Positions 18,975 through 29,351 are shown, counted from the first letter of the stretch. The stretch is DNA of 45,975 nucleotides from Alphaproteobacteria bacterium (GCA_018666195.1 JABJAG010000221.1:1-45975), one strand, 5' to 3'. Translations and numbers: made by a program. Notes: generated by a model not told the origin, from the letters alone.

Positions 18975-19712
18975 ATGAACGACCCTTCGGGCACGGAAAC
19001 GAAACAGCCCCCAATCGATTCTTCACCTGCGCAATCCATGATCACGCTTGCCGGGGCTGAACTTCATTTGGCGAGTGCCGGGGGCAACGTCAATATCCTG
19101 CGCGGAATCAATCTTGCCGTCGCCCGTGGGGAAACCCTCGGTGTGGTCGGCCCTTCGGGCTCGGGCAAGTCAACCATGATGATGGTCATCGCAGGACTGG
19201 AGCGCCCGACCGGCGGCACTGTGCATGTTGCAGGACAAGACCTTGCTGCACTCAATGAAGACGCACTTGCGCGCTTCCGGCGGCAGCAGGTCGGGATCGT
19301 GTTTCAGGCTTTCCATCTGATTCCGACGATGAATGCCCTGGAGAATGTAGCGGTTCCCCTGGAATTTTCCGGCGACAGGAACGCTTTCGATCGCGCGCGT
19401 CAGAGCCTGGAAATGGTTGGCCTTGGGCATCGGCTCGATCACTACCCCTCACAGCTCTCGGGTGGCGAACAGCAACGTGTGGCGCTCGCACGCGCCTTTG
19501 CACCGGGCCCCGACCTTCTGCTCGCCGATGAACCCACAGGAAATCTCGACGGTGAAACCGGCGAACGAATCATCGAGACCTTGTTCGAGTTGTCCGAACA
19601 GCACGGCACGACCTTGCTGCTGATCACCCATGATCCCGCCATCGCTGCCCGATGTGACCGCACAGTCCATTTGCGTGACGGTCAGATCGTCAACAGCGAA
19701 CAGACCTCGTGA
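18975..19712 (+). CDS. ABC transporter ATP-binding protein (YbbA/LolD-like)
   Basis: 245 aa. Walker A GPSGSGKST, signature LSGGEQQR, Walker B LLLADEPT. Divergent from the tesA-like gene, as in the enterobacterial tesA-ybbA-ybbP arrangement. Confidence 0.85.
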   Translation: MNDPSGTETKQPPIDSSPAQSMITLAGAELHLASAGGNVNILRGINLAVARGETLGVVGPSGSGKSTMMMVIAGLERPTGGTVHVAGQDLAALNEDALARFRRQQVGIVFQAFHLIPTMNALENVAVPLEFSGDRNAFDRARQSLEMVGLGHRLDHYPSQLSGGEQQRVALARAFAPGPDLLLADEPTGNLDGETGERIIETLFELSEQHGTTLLLITHDPAIAARCDRTVHLRDGQIVNSEQTS

Positions 19713-22252
19713 ACGACCCCGCAATTTCCTGGTCACTGGCCCTGCGACTGGCGCGACGCGAATTACGCGGCGGCACTCGCGGGTTCCGCATCTTCATCGC
19801 CTGCCTGGCTTTGGGCGTGGCTGCCATCGCAGCTGTGGGGTCGACCCGCGCGATGCTGGAAGACAGCATCAGCGCAGATTCACGCGAAATACTGGGTGGA
19901 GATCTGCTTATCGACATTGTCCATCGGCCCGCCACGGCGGGTGAACGAAACGCGATGGACATAGCCGGCATCGTCGCTGCAAGCGCAGAAATGCGCGCGA
20001 TGGCCCGCGCCGAAAACGCACAGGCTGCCCGCACGTTGGTCGAACTCAAGACCGTGGAAGACACCTATCCGCTTTATGGCGCACTCGAAACGGCTCCACC
20101 CTTGCCTCGCGCAGCTCTGCTGAAGCGCAGTGACGGGGTGTGGGGCGCGGCCGCCGCACCGGAACTTCTCACCCGGCTCAACATTTCCGTGGGGGATTTC
20201 CTGCAGATCGGAGACGCCCGCTTCGAGGTGCGCGCCGCCATCACTCACGAACCTGATCGGATCGGCGGTTCCGGCCTGTTTTCACTTGGTCCCCGGGTTT
20301 TGGTTTCCGCTGCGGCATTGTCCGAGACCGCTTTGGTCCAGCCGGGGAGCCTGATCCATTACAATTATCGGGTTCGCCTGCCCGCTGATGTTCCATCGCG
20401 TGAATTTATTGAAACACTGAACACCGATTTCCCGGAAGCCGGCTGGCGCATTCGGACACTGGATGAATCCTCTCCACAGCTGACCCGATTGATCGGCAGG
20501 GTCACTCTGTTTTTGTCCTTTGTCGGCCTGACCGCCCTTCTGGTCGGCGGGGTGGGCGTCGCCAACGCAGTGCGGGCCTGGCTGGATGGTAAAACCAGTT
20601 CCATCGCCACGTTGAAATGTATCGGCGCGCCGCGCGCGCTTGTGTTCCGGGTTTACCTCCTCCAGGTCATCGCGCTGGCCCTGCTCGGAATCATTGCAGG
20701 CCTGATTGGCGGTGCGATACTTCCCATGGTGGCTGCCGACCTGCTGGCACAAGTGGTGCCCATCCGGATTGCAACCGGCCTGTTTATTGAACCTCTCGCC
20801 GTCGCAGCTCTGTTCGGCCTGCTCACGGCACTGACTTTCTCTGTCTGGTCGATCGCACGGGCGGGGGATGTTCCTGCTGGCGGCCTGTTCCGGGTGCTGG
20901 TTGACCCAAGCCGCGGATGGCCTCGCCTCCCCTACATACTGGTCACGGCTGTGCTCGCGGCGGCTCTGGCAGCTCTGGCGGTTCTCTCTGCATCAGATGC
21001 ATGGTTTGCGGCGTGGTTCGTGGCTGGTTCCATCGGCGCCATGATTGCGTTTCGGCTTGCCGCGTTCGGCATTGCCAGATCTGCCGCACGCCTGAAAGGC
21101 ATCCAGCGCCCGGCACTGCGGCTGGCGATCGCGGGACTACACAGACCCGGCGCACCGACCGCCTCGGTTGTCCAGTCCCTAGGGCTGGGCCTGTCGATGC
21201 TTGTCACGGTGGCGACCATTGAAGGCAATCTCTCACGACAGATTGCCGAGGAGTTGCCCGCCGACGCCCCGGCGTTTTTCTTTGTCGATATCCAGCCTGA
21301 TCAGATTGCGCCCTTTGGCAAGATCGTTGATGGTATTCCCGGCGTGACGCGCAGCAAAGAGGTCCCGATGCTACGCGGGCGCATCACCGCTATTGACGGC
21401 GTGCGCGCTGCAGACGCGACTGTCGCGCAGGATGCGCGTTGGGTCTTGCGCGGCGACCGCGGCATCACCTGGGCCAGCGAAGCCCCGGCTCACAACCCGA
21501 TTGTCACAGGCGAATGGTGGCCTTCAGACTATGCCGGAGAGATGCTCGTCAGCCTTGATCACCGAATCGCTGTCGGGCTGGGATTGGCGATCGGGGATAC
21601 AATCACAGTCAACATACTGGGACGGGAATTCACCGCGACCATCGCCAACACAAGGCAGATCAACTGGCAACGGCTGGCGATCAACTTCGTGATGGTCTTT
21701 TCCCCCGGTGTGCTCGAATCTGCACCGCGCATGCACATCGCCGTGGTTCACGCAGATGAAGCCACAGAAGACGCGCTCGAACGCGCAGTCACCGATCGAT
21801 TTGCCAATGTGACCTCGATCCGGGTGCGTGGCGCACTCGAAACCGTTGGCGCCTTAATCAGCAATGTCGGAACCGCAGTGCGACTGACAGCCTTGATCAC
21901 GATTCTTGCCGGCACGCTGGTGCTATCCGGCGCCATCGCCGCCGGTCACCGGCGCCGAATATATGACAGTGTTGTTCTGAAAGTCCTTGGCGCGACCCGT
22001 CGTGATATCGTCACGGCCTATGTTCTGGAATACGGTTTGCTGGGTCTGGTCACAGCCGTCATAGCGGCAATTGTTGGCAGCGTGACCGGATGGGCCGTGG
22101 TGACATGGATGCTGGGTATCAACTGGAGTTTCGAGCCCGAGGCCATCTTCGTCACGACAGTCATTGCCACAATGATCACCATCGGCGCCGGACTGGTTGG
22201 CACATGGCGCGCAATGGGGCAGAAAGCGGCTCCATGGTTGCGTAACGAGTAA
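19709..22252 (+). CDS. FtsX-like ABC transporter permease (YbbP-like, duplicated FtsX domains)
   Basis: 847 aa. GTG start overlapping the ATPase stop (GTGA). Two clusters of transmembrane segments separated by large soluble loops. Confidence 0.85.
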   Translation: MNDPAISWSLALRLARRELRGGTRGFRIFIACLALGVAAIAAVGSTRAMLEDSISADSREILGGDLLIDIVHRPATAGERNAMDIAGIVAASAEMRAMARAENAQAARTLVELKTVEDTYPLYGALETAPPLPRAALLKRSDGVWGAAAAPELLTRLNISVGDFLQIGDARFEVRAAITHEPDRIGGSGLFSLGPRVLVSAAALSETALVQPGSLIHYNYRVRLPADVPSREFIETLNTDFPEAGWRIRTLDESSPQLTRLIGRVTLFLSFVGLTALLVGGVGVANAVRAWLDGKTSSIATLKCIGAPRALVFRVYLLQVIALALLGIIAGLIGGAILPMVAADLLAQVVPIRIATGLFIEPLAVAALFGLLTALTFSVWSIARAGDVPAGGLFRVLVDPSRGWPRLPYILVTAVLAAALAALAVLSASDAWFAAWFVAGSIGAMIAFRLAAFGIARSAARLKGIQRPALRLAIAGLHRPGAPTASVVQSLGLGLSMLVTVATIEGNLSRQIAEELPADAPAFFFVDIQPDQIAPFGKIVDGIPGVTRSKEVPMLRGRITAIDGVRAADATVAQDARWVLRGDRGITWASEAPAHNPIVTGEWWPSDYAGEMLVSLDHRIAVGLGLAIGDTITVNILGREFTATIANTRQINWQRLAINFVMVFSPGVLESAPRMHIAVVHADEATEDALERAVTDRFANVTSIRVRGALETVGALISNVGTAVRLTALITILAGTLVLSGAIAAGHRRRIYDSVVLKVLGATRRDIVTAYVLEYGLLGLVTAVIAAIVGSVTGWAVVTWMLGINWSFEPEAIFVTTVIATMITIGAGLVGTWRAMGQKAAPWLRNE

Positions 22253-22270
22253 AGTTTCAGGGGAAGATGT

Positions 22271-23068
22271 GTGACAAACAACGACCGCGACGACCAGATA
22301 TCGATTGAGCCACGCCCACCACTGCACCCGCCCAAGGTTCACACCATGGGGATGGGCCACATTCCGCTGACCTTTCTGGTCACCGGTTCAGCCTCATTCA
22401 TCTACGCCGTCGCCTTTGGTCTGGGCACCGCACCGCCGATTGCCAGTCTTGTCATTCTGGTCATCCTGCTGGTGCTCTCTGCGTTGGTACCAAAGTCGAA
22501 CACAAAGACACGAATCACAGACGAAGGACCAGCTTACGCGCGAACACTGACCACCGGTACGCGCTTCACCCTTGTCCGAGTGGGCATCACCTGCCTGCTG
22601 GGCGGATTGGCGATCCTGCCCACAGCCAGTGACCAGCCGACCGCCGTGTTGTGGTCTCTCGTGGTCTTCGGGCTTGGCGCTGCCTTGCTGGAGACCAGTG
22701 ACAACTGGCTGGCCCGGGTCACCGGCTCACGCAGTCTCTACAGCGATCGGCTGAGCAACATGACCGGCGCATTTTTCGCGCTCATTCTGGCTTTGCTGCC
22801 CATGCAACTGGGCCTGATGGACACCTGGGTCATCGCAGCCGGACTTCTGGGCTTCGCAGATGTGGCTCTTTCACGCCGTGGGGCAAAAGGCGAAACGCCG
22901 CTCTGGCAGATCTGGAGCCGGCTGATCGCGCGTGCGCTGATGTTGGCTATTCTGGTTCCACTCGGCCCCGATTGGGCACCACCGATCCTGGCCGTACTGG
23001 CCATGCTGATCCTGTCGTATCATGTGATCAACGCGCTGCAGGCGCAGACGAATACGTCAAATACGTAA
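22271..23068 (+). CDS. hypothetical polytopic membrane protein
   Basis: 265 aa with a GTG start; an alternative Met start lies about 25 codons in (MGMGHIPL). About 6-7 hydrophobic segments and no recognisable motif. Confidence 0.5.
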   Translation: MTNNDRDDQISIEPRPPLHPPKVHTMGMGHIPLTFLVTGSASFIYAVAFGLGTAPPIASLVILVILLVLSALVPKSNTKTRITDEGPAYARTLTTGTRFTLVRVGITCLLGGLAILPTASDQPTAVLWSLVVFGLGAALLETSDNWLARVTGSRSLYSDRLSNMTGAFFALILALLPMQLGLMDTWVIAAGLLGFADVALSRRGAKGETPLWQIWSRLIARALMLAILVPLGPDWAPPILAVLAMLILSYHVINALQAQTNTSNT

Positions 23069-23210
23069 AACTGATCGAATTCAGGCGTTTACTTCGCCAT
23101 TATCACGAAAAATCCAATGGGTTTCCGGTTGATTTGAGCCGGTCGCCATCCCATATTTGCGGCACAGGTTAGACGTTTTAGCAGGGGAGCCCCGAAGGGG
23201 ACGAAACACC

Positions 23211-23957
23211 ATGGCAAACGAATTCAATCGCGAGACGGTCATTCAGGGCCGCAGCGCAGCCGACGCACAGATCGATGAGGGCCTCCGGTCCTATATGCTG
23301 CGCGTCTACAACTACATGACCATCGGCCTCGCACTGACCGGCCTCGTGGCCTATCTGGTCTCCAGTACACCAGCACTGCTGCAGTTGTTCTACGCGCAGA
23401 ACGCCGTCGGCCAGATACAGCCAACCATGCTGGCCTATATCGCGATGTTCTCGCCATTGGCTTTCATACTGGTTCTGAGCTTCGGCATTCAGCGGATGAG
23501 CGCATCAACGGCGCAACTGGTGTTCTGGGTGTTCGCAGCTGTCATGGGCCTGTCGATGTCCCACATCTTCCTGACCTTCACAGGTGCCAGCATCACCCGG
23601 GTGTTTTTCATCACCGCCTCCACATTCGCCGCAATGAGCCTGTATGGGTACACGACAAAGCGCGATCTCTCGGGCCTTGGGTCATTCCTGTTCATGGGTC
23701 TGATCGGCATCATTCTGGCAAGCATCGTGAATATCTTCATCGGTTCGACGGTGTTGCAATTCGCGATTTCCGTGATCGGTGTTCTCGTCTTCGTTGGCCT
23801 TACCGCCTACGACACCCAGAAGATCAAAGAGATGTATGACGAGCTTGATGGTTCCGAGGTCGCTGGCAAAAAAGCGATTATGGGCGCACTGCGCCTCTAC
23901 CTCGATTTCATCAACCTGTTCATGATGCTGCTGCACTTGTTCGGCAATCGCGACTAA
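23211..23957 (+). CDS. Bax inhibitor-1/YccA family membrane protein
   Basis: ORF trimmed to MANEFNRETV. Has GLRSYMLRVYNYM, seven hydrophobic segments and a C-terminal AIMGALRLYLDFINLF motif. Confidence 0.85.
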   Translation: MANEFNRETVIQGRSAADAQIDEGLRSYMLRVYNYMTIGLALTGLVAYLVSSTPALLQLFYAQNAVGQIQPTMLAYIAMFSPLAFILVLSFGIQRMSASTAQLVFWVFAAVMGLSMSHIFLTFTGASITRVFFITASTFAAMSLYGYTTKRDLSGLGSFLFMGLIGIILASIVNIFIGSTVLQFAISVIGVLVFVGLTAYDTQKIKEMYDELDGSEVAGKKAIMGALRLYLDFINLFMMLLHLFGNRD

Positions 23958-23978
23958 CCCGCAGAACCAAACACCATC

Positions 23979-24012
23979 AAACGCCCGGGCTTTGTCCCGG
24001 GCGTTTTCTTTT
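23979..24012 (+). terminator. rho-independent terminator after the BI-1 gene
   Basis: AAACGCCCGGG-CTTTGT-CCCGGGCGTTT followed by TCTTTT. A 9-11 bp GC-rich stem plus T-tract, about 22 nt after the stop codon. Confidence 0.8.
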
Positions 24013-24062
24013 GGGCGCTCTCGCGTCAATATCCGTTCACGAAACAAATAGCGGAGAAAAAC

Positions 24063-24827
24063 ATGTCCGGCCTGAAAAACAAGATCGTCGTGTTGACCGG
24101 TGCAAGCCGTGGCATCGGCGCTGCGGCAGCAAAGGAAATGGCCTCTGACGGCCCGCATTTCATACTCTGCGCGCGCAAGGCTGAATCCTGCGCCGACACC
24201 AAAGCCACTGTCGAAGCCCTGGGTGCAACGGCCGAGTGTCACGGCTTCGATGTTTCCGATGCCGACGCCGCCAAAGCCTTTGTCGACGCTGTCATCGCCG
24301 AACATGGCCGGATTGACGTGCTGATCAACAATGCTGGCATGAACGTCATGGGTTCAGTTGCCAAGGTCACGCCTCAAGCCTTTCAGGGCGTTCTGATGGG
24401 CAATGTCATGGGGCCCTACAATCTGATTTCAGCTGCGATGCCTTCGATGCTCGAGCATGACGCGGGCACCATCATCAACATCACCAGCGCACGCGCTTTT
24501 ATGCCCGACCGATTCTATGGCGCCTATTGCGCCTCGAAGGCTGCATTGCTCTCCATGACCCAATGTCTGCACTTTGAACTGGTTGATACCGGCGTGAAGA
24601 TTTTTGCTCTGTCGCCGGGCTTCACCCAGACCGACATGGTTGCCGAGATTTACGCGAGCAGCGAATTTCGAGCCCAGGCCCTAACCCCCGATCAGGGCCA
24701 ATCACCCGAACGCCCGGCAAAGATGCTGGCCTGGCTGGCACGCGAAGCCCCCGCTGACCTGGCAGGAAAACACAACGAGATCCAGTTCAACGACATCACC
24801 CTGCGCGCAGGGATGGAAAACGTCTAG
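24063..24827 (+). CDS. SDR family oxidoreductase
   Basis: 254 aa. TGASRGIG, NNAG and catalytic YCASK. Confidence 0.85.
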   Translation: MSGLKNKIVVLTGASRGIGAAAAKEMASDGPHFILCARKAESCADTKATVEALGATAECHGFDVSDADAAKAFVDAVIAEHGRIDVLINNAGMNVMGSVAKVTPQAFQGVLMGNVMGPYNLISAAMPSMLEHDAGTIINITSARAFMPDRFYGAYCASKAALLSMTQCLHFELVDTGVKIFALSPGFTQTDMVAEIYASSEFRAQALTPDQGQSPERPAKMLAWLAREAPADLAGKHNEIQFNDITLRAGMENV

Positions 24828-24852
24828 CGGACCGCACCATGCCCACCACGCA

Positions 24853-26070
24853 ATGAACAAGCGGCTTTCCTTCGCCGATATGCTCGATCACCACCCCGGC
24901 CAGTCCGCCGCGGTTCTGGCTGGCAAAGCGCTGCATCAGGCCTGCGCATTGATGCAGGCAGATGGCGGCGTGTTGTATCTACTGCGCCACGATAAAGAGG
25001 AATCCAGCCTCATACGTGCTGCCTCCTGGCCCGAAACATCGGAGGTGGAAGACATCATCCCGATCGACCACCCTTCCATGTCGACTATCGTCGCCCAGAC
25101 AGGTTCGACCCTCAAATTTGATGACGCTGCCGCGTCCGAAGCAATTGCCCTCATTGACCGTGCCACGGATTTTCCCGCAGACATGGAGCCCGGCGCGATT
25201 GCCGCTTTTGCCCTGACAAATCACGCCAAGGACGTGGTTGGCGTGGTGACGTTGAGCAACGATGTTTCCTCCGGGCGCGCCTTCGCACAGGAATCCCTGG
25301 AACTGTTTGCGCGCTTCAACCGATTGGCCGGCGCAGCCGTGGAGCGCGCCGACCTGCTCGAGCGCATAGGCCAGATTCGTTTTGACCCGACCGAACGCAA
25401 CAATCGTCTGCGCCAACAGGTCGAGAAACTGGCCTTCATCGAAGACATTGAAGGTGTTCGGGGTGATGACGCCTTCCGGTTGGCAATTTCAATGCTCGCC
25501 CGCGCCGCCGAAATTTATGACGAAGGCACCGGAAATCACGTCTTCCGCGTGAATGAGTACAGCCACTTCCTGGGTCAGACATTGGGCATGGACGCGAAAT
25601 ACTGTCACCAGTTGCGATACTCGGCCCAACTTCACGATGTTGGGAAAATGGGTGTCGCCCCAACAGTCCTGCGCAAGACGAGCGCCCTCAACACCGAGGA
25701 GCGCCGCGAAATGGACAACCACACGATCTATGGCCACCGCATCCTGAATCAGTCACCCCGCCTGGCGATGGCGGCCGAAATCGCCCTCAATCATCATGAA
25801 AAATGGGATGGCAGCGGCTACCCCGACGGCAAGCGGGAAGACGAAATTCCACTCTCTGCCCGTATCGTTCAGATCGCGGATATCTATGATGCCCTGCGCT
25901 CCAAACGGCCCTACAAGCCCGCGCTGGATCATCAGCAGGCCCGCGACATCATCCTGCATGGCGATGACCGGATAGACGCCGGGGGCCATTTCGACCCCCG
26001 GGTTGTCGAAGCATTCGGCGACACGCACGAATCCTTCGACAAAATCTGGAGAAACCTGCAGGACGTCTGA
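24853..26070 (+). CDS. GAF-like sensor domain / HD-GYP phosphohydrolase (putative c-di-GMP phosphodiesterase)
   Basis: 405 aa. C-terminal HD-GYP hallmarks HDVGKMGV, HHEKWDGSGYPDG and IADIYDAL. The N-terminal roughly 190 aa look GAF-like. Confidence 0.8.
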   Translation: MNKRLSFADMLDHHPGQSAAVLAGKALHQACALMQADGGVLYLLRHDKEESSLIRAASWPETSEVEDIIPIDHPSMSTIVAQTGSTLKFDDAAASEAIALIDRATDFPADMEPGAIAAFALTNHAKDVVGVVTLSNDVSSGRAFAQESLELFARFNRLAGAAVERADLLERIGQIRFDPTERNNRLRQQVEKLAFIEDIEGVRGDDAFRLAISMLARAAEIYDEGTGNHVFRVNEYSHFLGQTLGMDAKYCHQLRYSAQLHDVGKMGVAPTVLRKTSALNTEERREMDNHTIYGHRILNQSPRLAMAAEIALNHHEKWDGSGYPDGKREDEIPLSARIVQIADIYDALRSKRPYKPALDHQQARDIILHGDDRIDAGGHFDPRVVEAFGDTHESFDKIWRNLQDV

Positions 26071-26077
26071 ACGCGCC

Positions 26078-27130
26078 CTAGTCCGTCGGTGACAGGTTCG
26101 TGCCCACGCGCTTCTTCATCTCGCGCGGCTTACGATAGACAGCCGAGGAACGCAGCACCGGCTCACCGTCGGCATAGGAAATCGCCTCAACGAAGTTCAT
26201 CGTCCGTGTGGTCTTCACCAGGCGCACATCACATTCGACCCATTGGCCGGGATGGATCGGGGCAAGAAAATCCGCGTCCAGATGAATGGTCGGCGTGAGC
26301 GCCACGACGCCGAGTTCGTAGAGCGCGGACTGGGCCATCGCCACATCCACAAAGCTGGTCATCCAGCCACCATGCACAACATTGCGCGGGTTGAGTTGAT
26401 GGGCCGCAACCCGAAACCCGAATACAGCTTTCGTCTTGCCGCACTTCACGAAAAGCGGGCCGTTGAGGGTCGTGAACGGACTGGTAAAGGAGAACGGCTC
26501 GAACCCGCGCGGCACCTTCACCGCATTTTTCAAACGGTATTCCAGGTGATCGAGGCGGTCAGCGCCCCAGAAGGTTTCGCCGTCCAGCACCATGAACGGT
26601 GCCCCGAACATGCCGTCCTTGATGGCGCGTTTGAAGGCCGCATCCAGCGCTTTCTGCGCCGCCTTGTCGTTCTCGGCCGCCTTGATCTCCTTCAGGGTCA
26701 GCGGCACGCCACGCGCCTTGCAAGCAGCAGCGAGTTGGCTGGCCGTGCGGACCTCCTGCCCGGTGCCGAAATAGCGGTGAGACACAGCGCGCGCGAACGC
26801 CTTGGCAAGCTCCGGGGTCTTGCGGTTGAGCCGCCAGAAAACGAGGCGATGCAGGGTCGCCCCATAAGGCGGAACTGCCGGTGGAAACGGCGAGGCCACC
26901 GGCAGATCATTCATCTCACACAGACGGGGAAAATCTTTCACATTGTGGGCAAACTTGGCGGGCTGCGCGCGCGGGGAAATCACTTTGTGATGGTCCAGTA
27001 CGGCAGGTAACGACACACAGTGCCACTCGACCTCACGACCCCAGCGTTTTGCGAGCGCCTCGATATTGTTCATCGCCACATAGGAATAGGCCGAGACGAA
27101 ATCGAAATAGAACTTGATCGGGGTTGCCAT
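26078..27130 (-). CDS. fusion protein: DsbA-like 2-hydroxychromene-2-carboxylate isomerase domain + PaaI/4HBT hotdog thioesterase domain
   Basis: 350 aa. N-terminal IKFYFDFVSAYSY ... FGAPFMVLDGETFWGADRLD (HCCA isomerase family). C-terminal NPRNVVHGGWMTSFVDVAMAQ (PaaI-type hotdog). Confidence 0.75.
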   Translation of the reverse strand: MATPIKFYFDFVSAYSYVAMNNIEALAKRWGREVEWHCVSLPAVLDHHKVISPRAQPAKFAHNVKDFPRLCEMNDLPVASPFPPAVPPYGATLHRLVFWRLNRKTPELAKAFARAVSHRYFGTGQEVRTASQLAAACKARGVPLTLKEIKAAENDKAAQKALDAAFKRAIKDGMFGAPFMVLDGETFWGADRLDHLEYRLKNAVKVPRGFEPFSFTSPFTTLNGPLFVKCGKTKAVFGFRVAAHQLNPRNVVHGGWMTSFVDVAMAQSALYELGVVALTPTIHLDADFLAPIHPGQWVECDVRLVKTTRTMNFVEAISYADGEPVLRSSAVYRKPREMKKRVGTNLSPTD

Positions 27131-27196
27131 GAAAATTCTCCAGAACCTGAATGAAATGGGGCTGTCTGTGTTGAGGGGTGTGGGTAGGTCTGCTGG

Positions 27197-28378
27197 TCAG
27201 ACATCCCTGTATTCGCTGATCTGCGGTTCGCGTCGAACCAGCCACCAACCATATTGCTCCGGCCAGTCCGCAAACTCAGGATCGGCCTGCAGCTTGTGTG
27301 CAGCATGGCGCGCCCAGTAGGGGTCGAACAAGGCTTCACGCCCGATCGCGACCAGATCGGCCTGCCCGTCAGCGACAATAGCTTCGGCGTGTTCGGCGTG
27401 GATCACCAGCCCGACCACCATGGTCGCGATATCAGCTTCCGTGCCGATCCGTGACGAATAAGCCGTGCGAAAACCCAACGGGGTCTTGCCCTGGGCGGCT
27501 GTTGCAGGTCCGGATATTCCGCTCGACGAGCAGTCAATCACATCGACGCCGCGCGCCTTGAGTTCGCCGGACAACACCACGGAATCCTCGAGCTGCCAGC
27601 CTTCGGTGACACCATCGGTATCGACCGAGGAAATGCGAACGAAGAGCGGTTTGTCGTCCGGCCAGACCGCGCGCACCTTCTCCGCTGTTTCCAGCGCGAA
27701 TCGCATGCGGCCAGCACGATCGCCGCCATAGGCATCGTTGCGCTGGTTCGACGTCGGCGAGAGGAACGAGTGCGACAGATAGCCATGGGCGGAATGGATT
27801 TCGAGAACCTCGAACCCCGCATCCAGCGCATGTCCAGCGGCTGCGGCAAAACGATCCTGAATGGCGCCAATTTCTGCGATGGTGAGTTCACCGGGCATGA
27901 TCCATCCTTCGCGGACCGGTTCCGGGCTGGGGGCCACAATGTCCCAGGGCATCTCACCACGTCCCGCGTCGCTGTCATCCATCGCAGCATTGCCGTGCCA
28001 GGGGCGTTGCATGCTCGCCTTGCGACCCGCATGCGCAATCTGAATCGCTGGCAGAGCACCATATCTGGCAATTGATGCCGTCACGGGCTTGAGGGCGCGG
28101 GCATGATCAGCCGACCAGATGCCCAGATCACCATGGGTAATCTTGCCACGTGGCTCAACCGCTGCCGCCTCGGTGAACACCGCTGCCGCACCGCCCATCG
28201 CGAACTGGCTGAGATGGATCATATGCCAGTCACTGGCCAGACCGTCATCGGCGGAATAGGTGCACATCGGTGAAATCACAACACGGTTCTTGAACGTGGT
28301 GCCACTGACAGTCAGCGGGGAAAACAATGCGCTTTTCTGATGATCGGCCACGGGCCATTCCTTCAATATTGGGGGCAA
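27197..28378 (-). CDS. NADH:flavin oxidoreductase (Old Yellow Enzyme family, YqjM/NamA-like)
   Basis: 393 aa. FKNRVVISPMCTY, IQIAHAGRKAS, EIHSAHGYLSHSFLSPTSNQRNDAYGG. Confidence 0.9.
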   Translation of the reverse strand: MPPILKEWPVADHQKSALFSPLTVSGTTFKNRVVISPMCTYSADDGLASDWHMIHLSQFAMGGAAAVFTEAAAVEPRGKITHGDLGIWSADHARALKPVTASIARYGALPAIQIAHAGRKASMQRPWHGNAAMDDSDAGRGEMPWDIVAPSPEPVREGWIMPGELTIAEIGAIQDRFAAAAGHALDAGFEVLEIHSAHGYLSHSFLSPTSNQRNDAYGGDRAGRMRFALETAEKVRAVWPDDKPLFVRISSVDTDGVTEGWQLEDSVVLSGELKARGVDVIDCSSSGISGPATAAQGKTPLGFRTAYSSRIGTEADIATMVVGLVIHAEHAEAIVADGQADLVAIGREALFDPYWARHAAHKLQADPEFADWPEQYGWWLVRREPQISEYRDV

Positions 28379-28418
28379 GACACAATGAGCCGGCCACGCG
28401 CCGTCTCACTGTAGCGGG

Positions 28419-29351
28419 CTATTCAGATGGTTTTTTCAGAACCTTGAGCAGTTTGAGCAAGGTCGCGTCCCGCTCTTCGGCCAGTTGGCCAATCGAGCGG
28501 CCGCGGGCCTCGGCATCAATACCGTCGATAATCTTCTGTTTGACCGCATCGTTGAGTTCGGGATCACCGAGCGCTTCCCAGCGTCGTTCCTGACTGGGCC
28601 CCAGGATGTCGAGATAGCGCGCGATGCCGCCATCACCACCGCCGAGATGATAGGTCATATGCGGCCCCATGAAGGCCCAGCGCAGGCCGGGACCACCTGT
28701 GATCGCCTTGTCGATATCCTCAACCGTGGCGTAACCCTCAGCGACCAGATGTACCGCCTCACGATAGAGCGCTGCCTGCAATCGGTTGACCAGATGACCC
28801 GGGATTTCCGCACGCAGTCGGATCGGCGTCTTGCCAACGGATTCGTAGAATTCCATCGCCTTGTCGACAGCCCAGGTCTCGGTCAGCTTGCCGCCACCCA
28901 CTTCAACGACGGGCATCAAATGCGGCGGATTGAACGGATGACCCAGCACAATGCGCCCGGGATGCTTGGCTTTATGTTGATATTCGGAAACCGGCAAGGC
29001 AGTCGAGCTGGATGAGATCACAACCTCCGGCGCAGTGTCGCGATCGATCTCGGCCATGAGGTTGGCTTTGATCTCGGCATTCTCCGGGCCGCTCTCCTGC
29101 ACGAACCCGACACCCTCCAGCGCCTCTCCGATACGGTCAAAGCACTGCAGCCTGTCGAGGGCGGCACCTTCGGCAAGACCCAGCTCTTCGAGCAACGGCC
29201 AGGCCCGGACCACCAGGGAGGTCACATTTTCCGCATAGCCATCCATTGGATCCCAGCACCGAACGTCCAGGCCCTGAGCCAGAAAATACGCCGCCCATGA
29301 AGATCCAATGGTGCCGGCACCAACGATTCCGACGGTTGTTACAGTCTTCAT
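28419..29351 (-). CDS. 3-hydroxyacyl-CoA dehydrogenase family protein, L-carnitine dehydrogenase-like
   Basis: Trimmed to MKTVTTVGIVGAGTIGSSWAAYFLAQGLDVRCWDP. Has FVQESGPE, GHPFNPPHLMPVVEV and the C-terminal tail seen in LcdH-type enzymes (recognised from memory). Confidence 0.75.
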   Translation of the reverse strand: MKTVTTVGIVGAGTIGSSWAAYFLAQGLDVRCWDPMDGYAENVTSLVVRAWPLLEELGLAEGAALDRLQCFDRIGEALEGVGFVQESGPENAEIKANLMAEIDRDTAPEVVISSSSTALPVSEYQHKAKHPGRIVLGHPFNPPHLMPVVEVGGGKLTETWAVDKAMEFYESVGKTPIRLRAEIPGHLVNRLQAALYREAVHLVAEGYATVEDIDKAITGGPGLRWAFMGPHMTYHLGGGDGGIARYLDILGPSQERRWEALGDPELNDAVKQKIIDGIDAEARGRSIGQLAEERDATLLKLLKVLKKPSE

